Positions 23,256-24,000 of a DNA stretch of 24,000 nt are shown here, piece after piece. The notes under the pieces are model-generated. The model saw nothing but the letters and a program-made list of their open reading frames with translations. It had not been told where the DNA came from and ran no database searches. Source of the DNA: Brevibacillus migulae (GTDB lineage: Bacteria; Bacillota; Bacilli; Brevibacillales; Brevibacillaceae); contig NZ_SDKD01000010.1 in NCBI RefSeq assembly GCF_004521915.1, forward strand, positions 44,213 through 68,212. The letters are read 5' to 3'. Position numbers and translations under genes: made by a program. The first letter of the stretch is position 1. Every line of letters begins with the position of its first letter.

Positions 23256-24000
23256 CTAGACAAGCAACCCTCCACCTGCCTGATGGTATTTCAAAATGCC
23301 TTCTGCTGCACGATAAGCCAATGCTCCTACGGTACCTGTCGGATTGTACCCGCTGTTGTGCGCAAAGGCGGAGGCCCCCACGACAAAGACATTTTCGGCA
23401 TCCCACATCTGCAAATAGTTATTGACGGCTGAGGTATCCGGGCTTCCTCCCATTATCACCCCGCCTGTATTATGCGTGGACTGGTAAGGTGTGATATCGT
23501 AGGGACCCAGTTCTTTTGACGCTTCTACCTTGTCAGCTCCCATTTCCTTCATGATCTCTTCGCTTTTTGTCGCCAGATATCTGGACAGCTCTCGATCCTG
23601 TTCTTCAAAATCGAAGGTAATCCGCATAAGCGGATCGCCAAAGGCATCCTTGTAAGTAGGATCGAGATCGAGATAATGGTGCTGGTAAGGCAGGCTTGCC
23701 CCTTGGGTGCCTACTGTCAGTGCACGCGTATAATACTTGATTGACGCTGCTTTGAATTCCTTTCCCCAAGTCGGCGTGCCTTTTGGAACCGGGTTGTTTT
23801 GGATGGGCCGTTTTCCCAGCTGGAGAATATTGATTCCACCGCCGTGGAGAAAGTTGACGTCGGAGTGATCGAAGTTGTCCCCATTGAAGTCATCCACATA
23901 CATCCCCAGCGAACCGGCTCCTGCGAACACATTAAACTCCTTGTTCTCAAAGAAGCCGGTCGCTTGTCCTTTTTGCACTTGATATGCATAGTTCTTGCCG
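23256..24000 (-). CDS. GMC-family FAD oxidoreductase, C-terminal part (gene continues past the right edge)
   Basis: The frame is open through position 24000 (GKNYAYQVQKGQ...). The C-terminus HNTGGVIMGGSPDTSAVNNYLQMWDAENVFVVGASAFAHNSGYNPTGTVGALAYRAAEGI is the GMC_oxred_C signature seen in gluconate 2-dehydrogenase-type flavoprotein subunits. Confidence 0.75.
   Translation of the reverse strand, partial: GKNYAYQVQKGQATGFFENKEFNVFAGAGSLGMYVDDFNGDNFDHSDVNFLHGGGINILQLGKRPIQNNPVPKGTPTWGKEFKAASIKYYTRALTVGTQGASLPYQHHYLDLDPTYKDAFGDPLMRITFDFEEQDRELSRYLATKSEEIMKEMGADKVEASKELGPYDITPYQSTHNTGGVIMGGSPDTSAVNNYLQMWDAENVFVVGASAFAHNSGYNPTGTVGALAYRAAEGILKYHQAGGGLLV

Noticed and set aside
1-24000. Search for CRISPR arrays, IS elements or transposases, integrases, tRNA/rRNA genes and riboswitch leaders
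   Set aside because: I found no direct-repeat and spacer periodicity, no transposase or integrase-like ORF, and no terminal inverted repeats. The leaders of the hom-like (about 90 nt) and MetX-like (about 140 nt, shared) genes are too short and lack the conserved helices of S-box or T-box elements.

Overview
This window looks like a chromosomal segment from a Firmicutes or Bacillales-type organism. That placement is an inference from strong GGAGG-type Shine-Dalgarno sites, a LevR-type activator with a sigma-54 promoter, a cre-like box and rho-independent terminators. I saw no rRNA, tRNA, CRISPR array, transposase or integrase.

Content from left to right:
1. The 5' part of a DinG-like helicase gene (minus strand).
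2. A tightly packed five-gene minus-strand operon: rpiR-type regulator, gluconokinase, short 6-phosphogluconate dehydrogenase, galactonate dehydratase and an FAD-linked oxidase.
3. A doxX membrane-protein gene behind a promoter that carries two perfect 16-bp palindromes.
4. A divergent pair of a MetX-like alpha/beta hydrolase and a LysR regulator, followed by a small gene remnant.
5. A stand-alone homoserine dehydrogenase paralog lacking an ACT domain.
6. A complete gfr-like locus: a LevR-type sigma-54 activator, a perfect TGGCAC-N5-TTGCA promoter, mannose-family PTS EIIA/B/C/D and two SIS-domain deglycases.
7. An uncharacterised protein fusing a MerR-like HTH to a PD-(D/E)xK nuclease fold.
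8. A divergent module of a sensor histidine kinase, a receiver-only response regulator and a small polytopic membrane protein.
9. The 3' part of a GMC oxidoreductase gene.

The items I think most deserve follow-up are:
- the HTH plus PD-(D/E)xK protein and its neighbouring kinase and receiver-only pair, which has no DNA-binding output;
- the unusual architecture of the sigma-54 promoter, whose -24 element is one arm of a hairpin and whose activator-binding site must lie inside the activator gene;
- the orphan twin-operator promoter of doxX.

All functional calls come from my own reading of the translated ORFs and motifs. No database search was run.
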